Source of the DNA: a virus | Taxonomy: Duplodnaviria > Caudoviricetes | IMG/VR virus record: IMGVR_UViG_3300023263_000004 | Coordinates: 1 to 44,715 of that record | Strand: one strand, 5' to 3' | Length of the DNA: 44,715 nucleotides | Shown: in pieces, positions 16,487 through 26,960 of the stretch | How positions within the stretch are numbered: position 1 is the first letter of the stretch | Layout of the letters: each line of letters begins with the position of its first letter | Translations under genes and position numbers: made by a program | Notes under the pieces: model-generated | Seen by the model: the letters and a program-made list of their open reading frames with translations, nothing else | Told to the model about the DNA's origin: nothing | The model's database searches: none

Positions 16487-18727
16487 GTGGATCTGGCCAA
16501 ACTGTTAGTTCGCCTCGAGCTGCAATCGGCGCAGATGCTGAAAGAGCTGGAGCGGGCGAATTCCAGCATCACGAAGTTCGCGAACAGCACGCAAAACAAG
16601 CTGCAGAAGTGGGCCGCCCAGATCGGCACATTCTTCACGGCGCGCGCGATCTTCAACTTCAGCAAAGACGTCATAAAGGCCGAGGCGGACCTGGTAAACA
16701 TGGCCGCGCAGGCCGGCACGTCCGTGGAGGAATTCTCCCGGCTGGGCTACGCCGCGTCGCAATCTGGTTCGAATATCGAGGGCATGGACGCCGCGCTGAA
16801 GGGGCTCGCCAATTCAGCAGCCGATGCGCAAAAGGGGTCGAAGACCGCAAAGGCGGCATTCGATGCGATCGGGATCAGCGCGGAGGGGGCTGACGGTGCG
16901 CTGAAAGACACGGCGCAACTGCTGGTCGAGATCGCGGACAAGTTCTCCCAGTATGAGGACGGGGCGGCGAAATCGGCGCTGGCGCAGGAAATTTTCGGCA
17001 AGACCGGGCGTGAGTTGATCCCGCTGTTGAACAAAGGCGCCGCGGGCATCGCGGAGCTGACGGCCCGGGCGGACGAACTGGGCATCACGGTGAGCACGAA
17101 AACCGCGCAGGCTACCAACGACTTGACCGACCAGTTGGCGACCCTGGGAGCTGTTACCCGCGGCGTTGTAGGCAAGGCGCTGGCCGAAGTTGTGCCCCTG
17201 CTGGGTGACTTTGCGAAATCGGCGATCGATGCGCAGGCTGCGGGCGAAGGCTTGGGCCGATTCTCAGAACAAATCGCAGCCGGGTTCAAGCTGGTCGTCG
17301 ATATCGGGTACAGCGTCTACAAGACGTTCGACGATATAGGCACGGCGCTGGGGGCTCTGGGCGCCGCTGCTGTGCAGTTCGCAAAGGGCAACTTCGCCGA
17401 AGCCCGCAACATCATGCAGCAGGCGAACGAGGACCAGATCCAGTCCGAGAAGCGGGCGAACGAGTTCCTGGAGAAGCTGTGGGCGGACACGGGCAAAGAC
17501 ATCGTCAAAACGGTGCAGAAGACCGACGACGAGATGAAAAAAACCCTGGTGTTCGGGGACCAGGTCGAAAGCGACGCGATCAAGAACGCGGTGAAGGCGC
17601 TGACTCAATTCCGCGATTCCCTGCGCGAACAGGCGGTCGAGCTTGACGAGAGCGGCGCAGCGGCCACGCGTTACCGGCTGGAGGTCGGGAACCTTGCCGA
17701 CGAGGTGAAGCGCGCGGGCGCGGCCGGGCAGACGCTGAAGTTGGAGATCATCGCCGCGGCCGATGCCAAGCAGCAGAAGGAAGATCTGAAGGAAATCACG
17801 GCCGGGCTGATGGACGTGAACGCGCAGATCCTGGAACTACAGGGGAAGCAGGCCGAGGGCGCGGTGATCAAGTTCGACAAGGAGAACCTCGAACTGGTGA
17901 AGACGCTACGGCGCGAGGGCAACGAAGCCGGGCTGGCCCAGATTGCCACCTTGCGCGGACTGATCGAGGCGCAGGCCAAGTTCAACGAACTGGAGAAGGA
18001 AGCCAAGGTCGTCAAGGATGAGCTGGCGGCGCAGGAAGAGCGGCTGGGGAATTCGCGCGAAGCTGGCGCCATTACAGAGCTGCAACTGTTGCAGGACCTG
18101 GACGCCGCACGCAGCAACGCGGCCACGCAACTGGGAGCAATCGCCGACAAGCAAAAGGAGATCGCCGAAAACTCAGGGTCCGACACGATGGTGCAGCAGG
18201 CGAAGAACGCCGCGCGCGAGGTCGAAAACCTGAGGGCACAGACTGACCTGCTGGAGAAGAAAATCCGGTCGACGTTCGAGGATGCCTTCGCCGATGCCTT
18301 TGAAGGACTGGTCACTGGCGCGAAGTCCGCGGAAGAAGCGATCGGCGACTTCCTGCAGAACATTGCCGCGATGCTCTTGCAGATCGCCGCGCAGAACATC
18401 GCCCAGTCGTTTTTCAAGACTGATACCGGTTCGTCCATCGTGAGCGGCATTGCCGGCTTGTTCGGCGGCGGCGCCAGCGGCGGCGGCCGGGCAATGGAAG
18501 GCGCTGTCAATCCTGGGGTGGCGTACAACGTGGGCGAGAACGGACCGGAGCGGTTCGTTCCGAATGTTGCCGGGCGCATCGAGGACCAGCGGCGCTGGGG
18601 CGGGTCGCGGAATAATATTTACGTGACGGTCGAGGCTCCGAAGGGCACCGTCTCGCGGCAAACTCAACTGCAGACCGGGTCCACGATCGCCAAGCAGATC
18701 GGCCACGCGAACAGGCGGAACAACTGA
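16487..18727 (+). CDS. tape measure protein
   Basis: 746 aa, Ala-rich helical; MDLAKLLVRL start, IFGKTGRELIPLLN, YNVGENGPERF. Confidence 0.92.
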   Translation: MDLAKLLVRLELQSAQMLKELERANSSITKFANSTQNKLQKWAAQIGTFFTARAIFNFSKDVIKAEADLVNMAAQAGTSVEEFSRLGYAASQSGSNIEGMDAALKGLANSAADAQKGSKTAKAAFDAIGISAEGADGALKDTAQLLVEIADKFSQYEDGAAKSALAQEIFGKTGRELIPLLNKGAAGIAELTARADELGITVSTKTAQATNDLTDQLATLGAVTRGVVGKALAEVVPLLGDFAKSAIDAQAAGEGLGRFSEQIAAGFKLVVDIGYSVYKTFDDIGTALGALGAAAVQFAKGNFAEARNIMQQANEDQIQSEKRANEFLEKLWADTGKDIVKTVQKTDDEMKKTLVFGDQVESDAIKNAVKALTQFRDSLREQAVELDESGAAATRYRLEVGNLADEVKRAGAAGQTLKLEIIAAADAKQQKEDLKEITAGLMDVNAQILELQGKQAEGAVIKFDKENLELVKTLRREGNEAGLAQIATLRGLIEAQAKFNELEKEAKVVKDELAAQEERLGNSREAGAITELQLLQDLDAARSNAATQLGAIADKQKEIAENSGSDTMVQQAKNAAREVENLRAQTDLLEKKIRSTFEDAFADAFEGLVTGAKSAEEAIGDFLQNIAAMLLQIAAQNIAQSFFKTDTGSSIVSGIAGLFGGGASGGGRAMEGAVNPGVAYNVGENGPERFVPNVAGRIEDQRRWGGSRNNIYVTVEAPKGTVSRQTQLQTGSTIAKQIGHANRRNN

Positions 18728-19362
18728 TGTTTTTGGAGACGCCCCGCTTTCCCGCATGCCCGAGCTTCGGCTACACGAGCACGCCGCAATACTCGGTGAC
18801 CATCTCCGAGGCGGTGAGCGGCAAGGAATGGCGCAACCGCAACTGGTCCCGCCCCCGCTTCCGCTTCGACTGCACGGTTGGCCCGCGCGCGGAGGATGAG
18901 ATCCAGGAATTAACGGAGTTCTGGCACGCCCTGGGCGGGCCCGAGGTCGGCTTCCGGTTTCAGGACCTGACCGACTACAAGTCGTGCTTCGTGGGCGACA
19001 CGCCGACGCGCACCGATCAACTGCTAGAAATCACAGTCGACAGCCCGGGTGGGTATCAGCTTTCGAAGGCGTACAGCGCGGGCGTGCGCACGCAATTGCG
19101 CCCGATCTACAAGCCGGTCCAGGGAACGATCCTGCTTGCCGACAACGGCGTGGCGAAGACGGAGGGGGCGCAGTGGCAGTTGGACTATGCCACCGGGATC
19201 GTGACGCTATCCTTCAGCCCCGTCGGTCCGCTCACCTGGGGTGGCGAGTTCGATGTACCGGTGCGCTTCGATTCGGAGTTCCCCGTCGAGATCCAGAACA
19301 AGAAAATTCACTCGGTAGCCTTCGCCCTGAAAGAGCTGCGCGACCCGGTGGACGAGGACTAG
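18727..19362 (+). CDS. distal tail protein, DUF2460 (GTA-like)
   Basis: SGKEWRN, GFRFQDLTDY, GGEFDVPVRFD. Confidence 0.88.
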   Translation: MFLETPRFPACPSFGYTSTPQYSVTISEAVSGKEWRNRNWSRPRFRFDCTVGPRAEDEIQELTEFWHALGGPEVGFRFQDLTDYKSCFVGDTPTRTDQLLEITVDSPGGYQLSKAYSAGVRTQLRPIYKPVQGTILLADNGVAKTEGAQWQLDYATGIVTLSFSPVGPLTWGGEFDVPVRFDSEFPVEIQNKKIHSVAFALKELRDPVDED

Positions 19363-19367
19363 CGCGC

Positions 19368-20261
19368 GTGTTGATCCTTCCAACGGCGGCCCAGGAACAT
19401 CTTGCCCGACAGAATCGCAGGCTCACGGTCTGCGGGCTGATCGAGAAGAACGACGGCACCGCGATCTACTGCACGCAGCACGACGAGGACATCGAGGTCG
19501 ACGGCGGGGACCTGGACGGGTTCTACCTTTCGAACGTGGCCGTCAGTGCGTCCGATATCAAAAGCGGATCGGACATGTCGGTGGACAACCTGGAGATCAG
19601 CAGCCACACGACGGACGACATCCTGAACTTCGGGGGCTTCAGCTTTGCCGACATCGAGGCCGGGCTGTTCGCGAACGCCCCGTTTCAAACGTTCATCTGC
19701 CAATGGGACAACCCGACCGCATGGCAAAAGATCGTCCGCCGCGGCTACCTGGGCGAGATCAAGCGCACGGCCGAGGGGCAGTTCCAGGCCGAGTGGCGAG
19801 GCCTATTCCAGCCGCTGCAACAGATGGTCGGGCGGACCCTGTCCGAACGCTGCGACGTGAAACGCTTCGGCGACCTGCGCTGCAAGCTGGATGTGGATGC
19901 GCTGGAGATCGCCGGCACGGTCGTGGATGTAACGGGCGATCGACAGTTCGAGATCGAGCTGGACACGCCGCCCCCGGACTTCCCCGAGTACTTCACGCTG
20001 GGCGAGGCGACGTGGCTCACCGGGCTCAATAGCGGCTACACGCGGCAGCAGATCAAGCGCGACATCGGGATCACTGGGAGCAACGTCATCCAGCTTTGGG
20101 AGTCGATGCCGCATGCCATTGAGGTGGGCGACCGTGTAAGACTACGCCCGGGGTGCGACCGCATCTTCGAAACTTGCAGGGACCGATGGAACAACGCGGT
20201 AAATCATCGGGGACACGGCCGGCTGATCCCGGGCATTCCGGCAATCATTCGGGCGCCATAG
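19368..20261 (+). CDS. baseplate hub, DUF2163/BR0599 (GTA-like)
   Basis: GTG at 19368; TQHDED, SVDNLE, C...FGD.RC, PGCDRIFETC..WNNAVN. Confidence 0.88.
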   Translation: MLILPTAAQEHLARQNRRLTVCGLIEKNDGTAIYCTQHDEDIEVDGGDLDGFYLSNVAVSASDIKSGSDMSVDNLEISSHTTDDILNFGGFSFADIEAGLFANAPFQTFICQWDNPTAWQKIVRRGYLGEIKRTAEGQFQAEWRGLFQPLQQMVGRTLSERCDVKRFGDLRCKLDVDALEIAGTVVDVTGDRQFEIELDTPPPDFPEYFTLGEATWLTGLNSGYTRQQIKRDIGITGSNVIQLWESMPHAIEVGDRVRLRPGCDRIFETCRDRWNNAVNHRGHGRLIPGIPAIIRAP

Positions 20262-20671
20262 CCGCGGCCGCTGTTGTCGCCAAAGCGCGGGAGCTGCTGG
20301 GCGCCCCGTATCTGCATCAAGGCCGAACCCCGAAGGGGATTGATTGCGTGGGCGTCCCGATCTGGGTTATGCGCGAACTGGGCGTGTTCCCGCCTGAGCT
20401 TCAGGCCACGAACTACGGGCGCCTTTCCAACGGTGAGCTGATCGCCGCGTGTCAACGCTTCTGCGCGCCGCTGGCGGGCGATGAACCGGGATGCCTGGTC
20501 GTGATCCGCTGGCCAGGCGAACGCGAGGCCGGGCACGTGGCGATCCGCACCGACCTGGGCATCCTGCACGCGTACAAGAACCAGGGCGGCGTCCGTGAGC
20601 ACGGCTACCGGGCGAAGTGGCCGCAATGGACGGACAGCTTCTGGCGACTGCCGGGGGTGAATGGTGGGTAG
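20258..20671 (+). CDS. NlpC/P60 tail-associated peptidase (start uncertain)
   Basis: ARELLGAPYLHQGR..GIDCVG and GHVAI...LHA catalytic Cys/His pattern. Confidence 0.85.
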   Translation: MAAAAVVAKARELLGAPYLHQGRTPKGIDCVGVPIWVMRELGVFPPELQATNYGRLSNGELIAACQRFCAPLAGDEPGCLVVIRWPGEREAGHVAIRTDLGILHAYKNQGGVREHGYRAKWPQWTDSFWRLPGVNGG

Positions 20672-23600
20672 ATATGGGCAGGCCATTCTCACGATCGCCG
20701 GGACGATCGTGGGGGCGTACTTCGGGTACCCGGCATTAGGCGCAGCCCTGGGCAGTCTTGCGGGGAGCTTGCTGTTCCCGACGCAACTGCCGACCGTGAG
20801 CGGGCCCCGGCTCGCGGACCTTACGCAGACCACATCCGCCGTCGGCACCAGCATCCCCCGCGGCTGGGGAACCTTCTCCTGTGCGGGCGCCGTGATCTAC
20901 AAGAGCGACCTGCGCGAAGTGATCGTAAGCGAGGACGTGGGCGGCAAGGGCGGCGCGGAGCAAACCGTGGAGACGCCGACGTACTACCAGGACTTCGCGG
21001 TGGGATTGGTCGAGGGCGAGGACCCGATCGCATTGCTCGAGCCAATTGCAGGCGTGCGCCGCATCTGGTCAAACGGCAAGTGCATCTACGATCGGCGGCC
21101 GCGCGAGACGGGCGAGAGCGAGGCGGACTTCAACAGTCGCATCGCTGCGAGCAACGTTCTCGATACGCAGATGGTGATTTACCTTGGGACCGAGGACCAG
21201 GAACCCGACCCGACGATAGAGGCTGATCCCAACGTGGGCATGGGCAACGCCAGCGGCTACCGCGGCTACGCCTACGTGGTGTTCATCAACTGGCAGAACC
21301 TTCCCGAAGACGGCAACAAGATGCCGCTGAATTGGAAGTTCGAGGTGTACACGGCCGGCGCGCTCGACCCGACCACGGCGTTCGAGTATTCCAACGAATA
21401 CATACCGCCCTGGAATGCAGCGGCCGAGATCCCGATCTTCGGGTCCAGCGACTACTACAACTTCACGGTGCGGGCGACGGGCTGGACCTATGGCAGCGGC
21501 CGTTCGCGCGTGAGCGGATCGTGGTCCACGTTGCAGCAGGCGATGAACGCGGCGGAAGTGGTGGCGCTGCGCCAGGCCAACAACTTCATGGGGTACAGCA
21601 TCCTGCCCAATAGCGGCAGCACCGCGGCGCGTGGGGTGCTGAACACGGCGCCCGGGGAAGAGTACCGATCGGTCGCTTACGACCCGGCATCCATCACGCT
21701 CCACTTCAACGCGATCAAGACGACCAAGTTCGGCCGCAGCGGCAATTCGTGGTCGGCGCTGGCAGCGAAGGGCATGGCGCCGGGCATCCCCTTGCACACC
21801 AACGGCTACATTCTGAACAGCGACATCAGCAACCCTGCGTCGGCTGGCGTGTATCAATGGTGGCCTGGGGACTATTCGTCGGCTGCGTCCTATCGTTCGG
21901 CATCCCCGCTGATCGATCACGCCATAAGCACGGGCCGCTCTTCGAACCCGGGCGCCGTGCTAATCACGGGCGACCTGATGATCTACGTCACCCGCAAGAG
22001 GCAACCCCCTAGCGACCAGTGCGCCGTCACCTTGCCCCAGCTTCCGGGCTACTGCATCAGCACGCGCGGCAATCTGGTGCGGCAGCGGTCGTGGACGAAG
22101 ATCGAGGTCAGCTTCGTCAACCTCGCGCGCGCGCTATCGAACCGAACCACGCACCTGGTCCAATTGCCGGGACAGCCGGCCAGTCATCAAGTGACCGCGA
22201 TTCGCACGTATCCATTGAACCCGCTGCTGCCGGCTGGGCATCCCGACTACAACAACCAAACATTCTGGGAGGCCGCCTACAATCAAGCCGTGGCGCAAGG
22301 GTTGCTGCCGGCTGGCTGGACCTATGACGTGGAATACCCGCGCACCCGGAGCACGTACTACCGGCGCCAGCTCGCGCAAGACACGATCGAAACTTTCCCC
22401 GTGCCCCTGGATCAAGTGGTCGGGGACCTCATGCGCGAGTCCGGCTACGTGGCCGAGGACTACGACGTAACCGCGCTGGAGGAAAAGACCGTCCTGGGCT
22501 ACGTGCGCACGCGCGTGATGGCCGGGCGCGCGGCAATCGAACCGTTGCGGCAGGCCAAGTTCTTCGATGGGGTCGAGTCGAACGGAAAAATAAAATTCGT
22601 GCTGCGCGGCGGCGCGATCGTGGGCGAAATCACTGCGGACGACCTGGGGGTCACGGTGGCCGGCGAGGATGCCCCCAGCCGGCTGACGACCACGACGGCT
22701 GACGAAACCACACTGCCGCGCACGGTGCGGGTGCATTACTTGGCGGTGTCGCGGGACTACGAGCCGGGCGAACAGATCAGCCCAGCACGCAGCGAAACCC
22801 GGGCCACCAATGACGTCGACGTCGAACTGCCAATGGTGCTCGAGGACGACGAGGCGGCGCAGATTGCCGAAGTGTTGTGGGCGGAAGCCTGGACCGCACG
22901 TCGCACGCATTCGGCGGTCATCGATGCCGGCCGGCAAGAACTGGAGCCGACCGACCCGATCGAGATCCCGGTGGACGGGCGGGTGCGGCGGGTCCGTATC
23001 CTATCGATCGAGGATGCGTTGCCGGCGCTGCGCCGATTGGAGCTGGTGCGCGACGACGACGGCAGCTACGTAAGCCGGGCGGTCGGCACGGTCCCAGGGT
23101 ACGTGCGGCCCACGCTTCAGGTCGCAAGCCCTGCCGAGTTGCTGTTGCTCGACCTGCCGGCGCTGCGCGATGAGGACGACAACGCGGGCGTGTATGCGGC
23201 CGTGCGTCCTTACCTGACCGACACGACGTTTCGAGGCGCTTCGATCCTGCGCAGCACGGATGGCGGCGGCAGTTACACCTCCCTGGGTCCGGTGAGCACG
23301 GCCACGCCGATGGGCTATTTGTTGCAGACGCCGGGAGCAACCGAGCCGCACACGATCTGGGACGAAGTCACGGTGCTGCGCGTGCAGATGCAATACGGCG
23401 AATTGGAAAGCCGGACCGAGTCCGCCGTCCTGGGCGGGGCCAATGCGGCGGCGATCGGTGCGCATGGTCGGTGGGAGATCGTGCAGTTCAGGGACGCCAG
23501 TTACTTGGGCGAGGGCATCTGGCTGTTGAGCGGGCTTTTGCGCGGGCGCCGCGGCACGGAACACAACATCGGGATCAGTGTTGCGAATGATCGGTTCGTG

Positions 23601-26129
23601 ATGTTGTCCGCGGGCGGGCTGATCCGCTTGCCGTTGAACGTGGCCGAGATCGGCGCGTCGCGGCTGTACAAAATCGTCGCGCTGGGCACCCGCTTCGGGG
23701 ATGCCGAGCCGCAGGAGTTCACGGGCACGGGTGAAGCGTTGCGGCCGTTCAGTCCGGTGCACATCAAGGCCGCGCGTGAGTTTGACGACGACATCGAAAT
23801 CACGTGGTTCCGCCGCGGCCGCATCGGGCAGACGTTGCAGAGCGGGACCGAGATGGCGTTGAGCGAGGAAACTGAAGCCTACGAAGTGGACATCCTGGTG
23901 GGCGATGAGGTCGTGCGAACGATCGAGACGACGACCCCCGAGGCGATCTACACGGACCTCCAGCAAGGCGAGGACTTCGACAGCCCCGCCCCCCTGGCCA
24001 TCACGATCAACGTCTACCAGATCAGCGCGACCGTCGGTCGTGGCCACGTGGGCGTGCTCGAGGTCGTGTTGGTCGATCTGCCCGCGGATTCAGATCCTGC
24101 GGACGTGGAGCCGGACGAACTGCTCGTACCGGACGCCGACGCCATCCTGGTTCCGCTCACCTACGACGAAACGAACGAAGCCGTGGCGCCGCTCACGTGG
24201 ACCCGCTTGGGCGATGGGCCGCGAGTCACGCCAGCGGGCATGATCGGCGACGGACTGAATGCGCGACTTCTGGCCACGGCTGGGTTGCCGGGCTACGCCA
24301 CCAGCAACAGCGGCAACCTGTACCTGCGGGCCACGATCGCCGCTTTTGCTGCGGGCGCGCGTAACGCCACGGCGGACCGGATCGTGTCCGTGTGCGTGAA
24401 CGATGCGACAGCCAACCCGCGCCTTGAATTCGCGATCGTCGATGACGCTTCGAATTCTGACGAACCCAACGTAGCCGTGCGGTCCTACACGGGATCCATG
24501 CAGACCAAGCGATTGAGCCGGCGCGAGTGGCGCTTCGCATCTGCCTACCCTGAGAAGACGCGTGGCGGCTTTGGCGTGCGGCCCCAGGGCATTCTGTTGC
24601 TGGAGGGATTGGTGCTCACATGCGAGCACTACGAGGAACAATTCAGCACGGCCCACAAGGTCAATCCGGCGACTGGCGCGAACGAGGGCGTGTTCCAGTT
24701 CGCGGCCGGGCGCAATCACGTGAGCGCGATCGCCGATAGACCGAGCGACGGCAGCGTGTGGTTCCTGGACGCGACGACCGAGCACTTGCTGGAGGTCGAT
24801 CTGGACGCGAGCTTCGCGAGTCAATCAGCCGTGGTCCTGTCGGATGTGGATCTGTCGGCGCTTACGGGCCCGGTGGCGATCGACTGGGTCGTGATCGACG
24901 AGGTCGAATACCTGCTGGTGGGCGAGAACGTAAGCGGGCTGGTGTACGTGTTCGACGGTGCAGACGTTGTTGACGCGGCAACGCTGGTCGCGGCAGATCG
25001 CGTCAAGCGGCTGCAGGGCCCGGCGAACTGCCAGGGCATCGTCTTCAGGCTGCAAGGCGAAGAGGGCGAGGACGACGAAGAGGAAGAATCGGAAGACTCG
25101 ATCGGCGTTCTGTACTCCGCGACGACTGGGTCCGGCGCCCTGGTGCATGCGATCGACTTCGGGACCTGGTTCGCCACCGGCACCGACGACCAAAGCTATG
25201 CCGGCTACGAACTGGCGACCCACGGTGCACCGTCGGCGATGGTAGGGGACCTGGATATCGACGACGGCGGCAATCTGTGGATGCCGACGGAAGGATTGGC
25301 GACGCTGGCGGATGACACGGACTGGTTCGCGATCTGGACGTCGCCGTTGACCGGATCGGTGGAGAACATCTACAGCGCCTACTACGCGGGCGGCGCGGTG
25401 ACGGTGCGCATCAACGACCGGGCATTCTGCACGCTCGCATGGACGCCGACGCCAACGCCGGCCGCGATCAGCATCGGCGGGCCACCGCAGGCAACCCTGG
25501 GACAGGCCAACGGCTTTTTCCTGGGCACGGTGCGCGATATCGTGATCCAGGGGACCGACTACGACCCCAACGACTTCGACCTGGGGTTGGTGTACGAGAA
25601 CGAGGGGACCGTGCAGGAATACCCCCTCATCATCGTCAACCCGGGCGCCGAGGATGGGGTGACGGGCTGGACCAATGAGGTGGGCGTCCTGGGCGTGGAC
25701 ACGTCCACCCCTGATCCGCATTCTGGGTTGGGCTTTTTCTACGGGGTGAACAACGCGCACACGACGGCAAGCCAGCGCGTCGAGCTGGCCGCGGTGTCTG
25801 ATGTCGATGTGGAGCGGTTGGACGATGGCGACTGCTGGATAATCGTCCAGTGGTTTGCCGCCTCGTTCACGGGCCAAGATGACACGGGCGCCATGTGGGT
25901 GCGATTCCGGGATGCGTCGGAGGTGCAGATTGGCGGCGACCATCAAGGCCCAGCGCTTCGACCGCTTCCGAACGTCACGTGGATTCCGCGCAGCTTTGCC
26001 GTGCTGATCCCTGCCGGCACCCGCTACGTTGACCTCGTGATGGACATGGTCCGCGTGGATGGATCGGACAACGACGGGTACACGGACGACATCAGCGCCG
26101 CTATCTATGTTCCGACCGCAAGCGAGTAA
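20661..26129 (+). CDS. large tail tip / host-specificity protein (GTA megatron-like) with extra C-terminal domains
   Basis: GPRLADL, RRIWSNGK, YRGYAYVVF, LPRTVRVHY, WEIVQF, LSGLLRGRRGTE, SEETEAYEVDI; C-terminal NPGAEDGVTGW sugar-binding-like domain. Confidence 0.88.
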   Translation: MVGRYGQAILTIAGTIVGAYFGYPALGAALGSLAGSLLFPTQLPTVSGPRLADLTQTTSAVGTSIPRGWGTFSCAGAVIYKSDLREVIVSEDVGGKGGAEQTVETPTYYQDFAVGLVEGEDPIALLEPIAGVRRIWSNGKCIYDRRPRETGESEADFNSRIAASNVLDTQMVIYLGTEDQEPDPTIEADPNVGMGNASGYRGYAYVVFINWQNLPEDGNKMPLNWKFEVYTAGALDPTTAFEYSNEYIPPWNAAAEIPIFGSSDYYNFTVRATGWTYGSGRSRVSGSWSTLQQAMNAAEVVALRQANNFMGYSILPNSGSTAARGVLNTAPGEEYRSVAYDPASITLHFNAIKTTKFGRSGNSWSALAAKGMAPGIPLHTNGYILNSDISNPASAGVYQWWPGDYSSAASYRSASPLIDHAISTGRSSNPGAVLITGDLMIYVTRKRQPPSDQCAVTLPQLPGYCISTRGNLVRQRSWTKIEVSFVNLARALSNRTTHLVQLPGQPASHQVTAIRTYPLNPLLPAGHPDYNNQTFWEAAYNQAVAQGLLPAGWTYDVEYPRTRSTYYRRQLAQDTIETFPVPLDQVVGDLMRESGYVAEDYDVTALEEKTVLGYVRTRVMAGRAAIEPLRQAKFFDGVESNGKIKFVLRGGAIVGEITADDLGVTVAGEDAPSRLTTTTADETTLPRTVRVHYLAVSRDYEPGEQISPARSETRATNDVDVELPMVLEDDEAAQIAEVLWAEAWTARRTHSAVIDAGRQELEPTDPIEIPVDGRVRRVRILSIEDALPALRRLELVRDDDGSYVSRAVGTVPGYVRPTLQVASPAELLLLDLPALRDEDDNAGVYAAVRPYLTDTTFRGASILRSTDGGGSYTSLGPVSTATPMGYLLQTPGATEPHTIWDEVTVLRVQMQYGELESRTESAVLGGANAAAIGAHGRWEIVQFRDASYLGEGIWLLSGLLRGRRGTEHNIGISVANDRFVMLSAGGLIRLPLNVAEIGASRLYKIVALGTRFGDAEPQEFTGTGEALRPFSPVHIKAAREFDDDIEITWFRRGRIGQTLQSGTEMALSEETEAYEVDILVGDEVVRTIETTTPEAIYTDLQQGEDFDSPAPLAITINVYQISATVGRGHVGVLEVVLVDLPADSDPADVEPDELLVPDADAILVPLTYDETNEAVAPLTWTRLGDGPRVTPAGMIGDGLNARLLATAGLPGYATSNSGNLYLRATIAAFAAGARNATADRIVSVCVNDATANPRLEFAIVDDASNSDEPNVAVRSYTGSMQTKRLSRREWRFASAYPEKTRGGFGVRPQGILLLEGLVLTCEHYEEQFSTAHKVNPATGANEGVFQFAAGRNHVSAIADRPSDGSVWFLDATTEHLLEVDLDASFASQSAVVLSDVDLSALTGPVAIDWVVIDEVEYLLVGENVSGLVYVFDGADVVDAATLVAADRVKRLQGPANCQGIVFRLQGEEGEDDEEEESEDSIGVLYSATTGSGALVHAIDFGTWFATGTDDQSYAGYELATHGAPSAMVGDLDIDDGGNLWMPTEGLATLADDTDWFAIWTSPLTGSVENIYSAYYAGGAVTVRINDRAFCTLAWTPTPTPAAISIGGPPQATLGQANGFFLGTVRDIVIQGTDYDPNDFDLGLVYENEGTVQEYPLIIVNPGAEDGVTGWTNEVGVLGVDTSTPDPHSGLGFFYGVNNAHTTASQRVELAAVSDVDVERLDDGDCWIIVQWFAASFTGQDDTGAMWVRFRDASEVQIGGDHQGPALRPLPNVTWIPRSFAVLIPAGTRYVDLVMDMVRVDGSDNDGYTDDISAAIYVPTASE

Positions 26130-26135
26130 CGCAGC

Positions 26136-26960
26136 ATGACCACGCCTTTCCTTGGAATGGATGAACTCGAAGCGGCCCAGGCCCAACCCGAGATCACAGT
26201 CAACGAAGCCCTGCGCACGCTCGAGGCCGCGATATCGATCGACGTGTTGGACAAGGACCTCACGACGCCCCCGGCATCCCCGCCGAGCACCGCGCGCTAT
26301 CTGGTCCCGGCCTTGGGTGCAACCGGGGCGTGGGCGACGATGGCCAATAAGATCGCGTTCTTGCTGGGCACGGTCTGGACCGCACTCACGCCGCGGCTTG
26401 GCTGGACCGTGTATGTAGTGGACGAGGCCAAACGCTACGAGTGGGACGGGGCAGATTGGGTGGAGTTCGCCGGGGGCGGTTCCATCGCGATCAGCGGCCC
26501 CGATGAGTCGCCCCCGGTGAGCGTTGCCACGGTGACGTCGCTTGAATTTGTGAACGCTGTGGTCGAGGACTTGGGCGGCGGGGCGGTCCGCGTCACATCG
26601 TTGGGAAGCGATACCCTACCCGAGCTGGACCTCGGTATGTTCTTCCCCGGCATTCCAGCATCGAACCAGTTGATGTTTAAATTCGTCGCGGCGCGGGCGC
26701 TGGAATTACCGGCCAACTTCGCGGGAAGTTATGGGCACATCGGCACGAATCCGACCAGTTCGTTCGTAATGATTGTGAGCGTTGCCGGCGCCAACGTGGG
26801 GACGATCACGGTGAGCACTGGGGGTGTCTTCACCTTCGCAACGACGGCGGGCGCGGTCATACCGGTCGATCCAGGCGAACGCATTGAGATCGCCGGCCCA
26901 GCCAGTGCGGACGGGACCGCGGCAGATATCGCGGCGACGCTATTGGCTGGGGTTCTGTGA
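26136..26960 (+). CDS. DUF2793-containing tail/fibre protein
   Basis: AQAQPEITVNEALRTLE, YLVP..ATGAW, PRLGW.VYV.DE. Confidence 0.82.
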   Translation: MTTPFLGMDELEAAQAQPEITVNEALRTLEAAISIDVLDKDLTTPPASPPSTARYLVPALGATGAWATMANKIAFLLGTVWTALTPRLGWTVYVVDEAKRYEWDGADWVEFAGGGSIAISGPDESPPVSVATVTSLEFVNAVVEDLGGGAVRVTSLGSDTLPELDLGMFFPGIPASNQLMFKFVAARALELPANFAGSYGHIGTNPTSSFVMIVSVAGANVGTITVSTGGVFTFATTAGAVIPVDPGERIEIAGPASADGTAADIAATLLAGVL

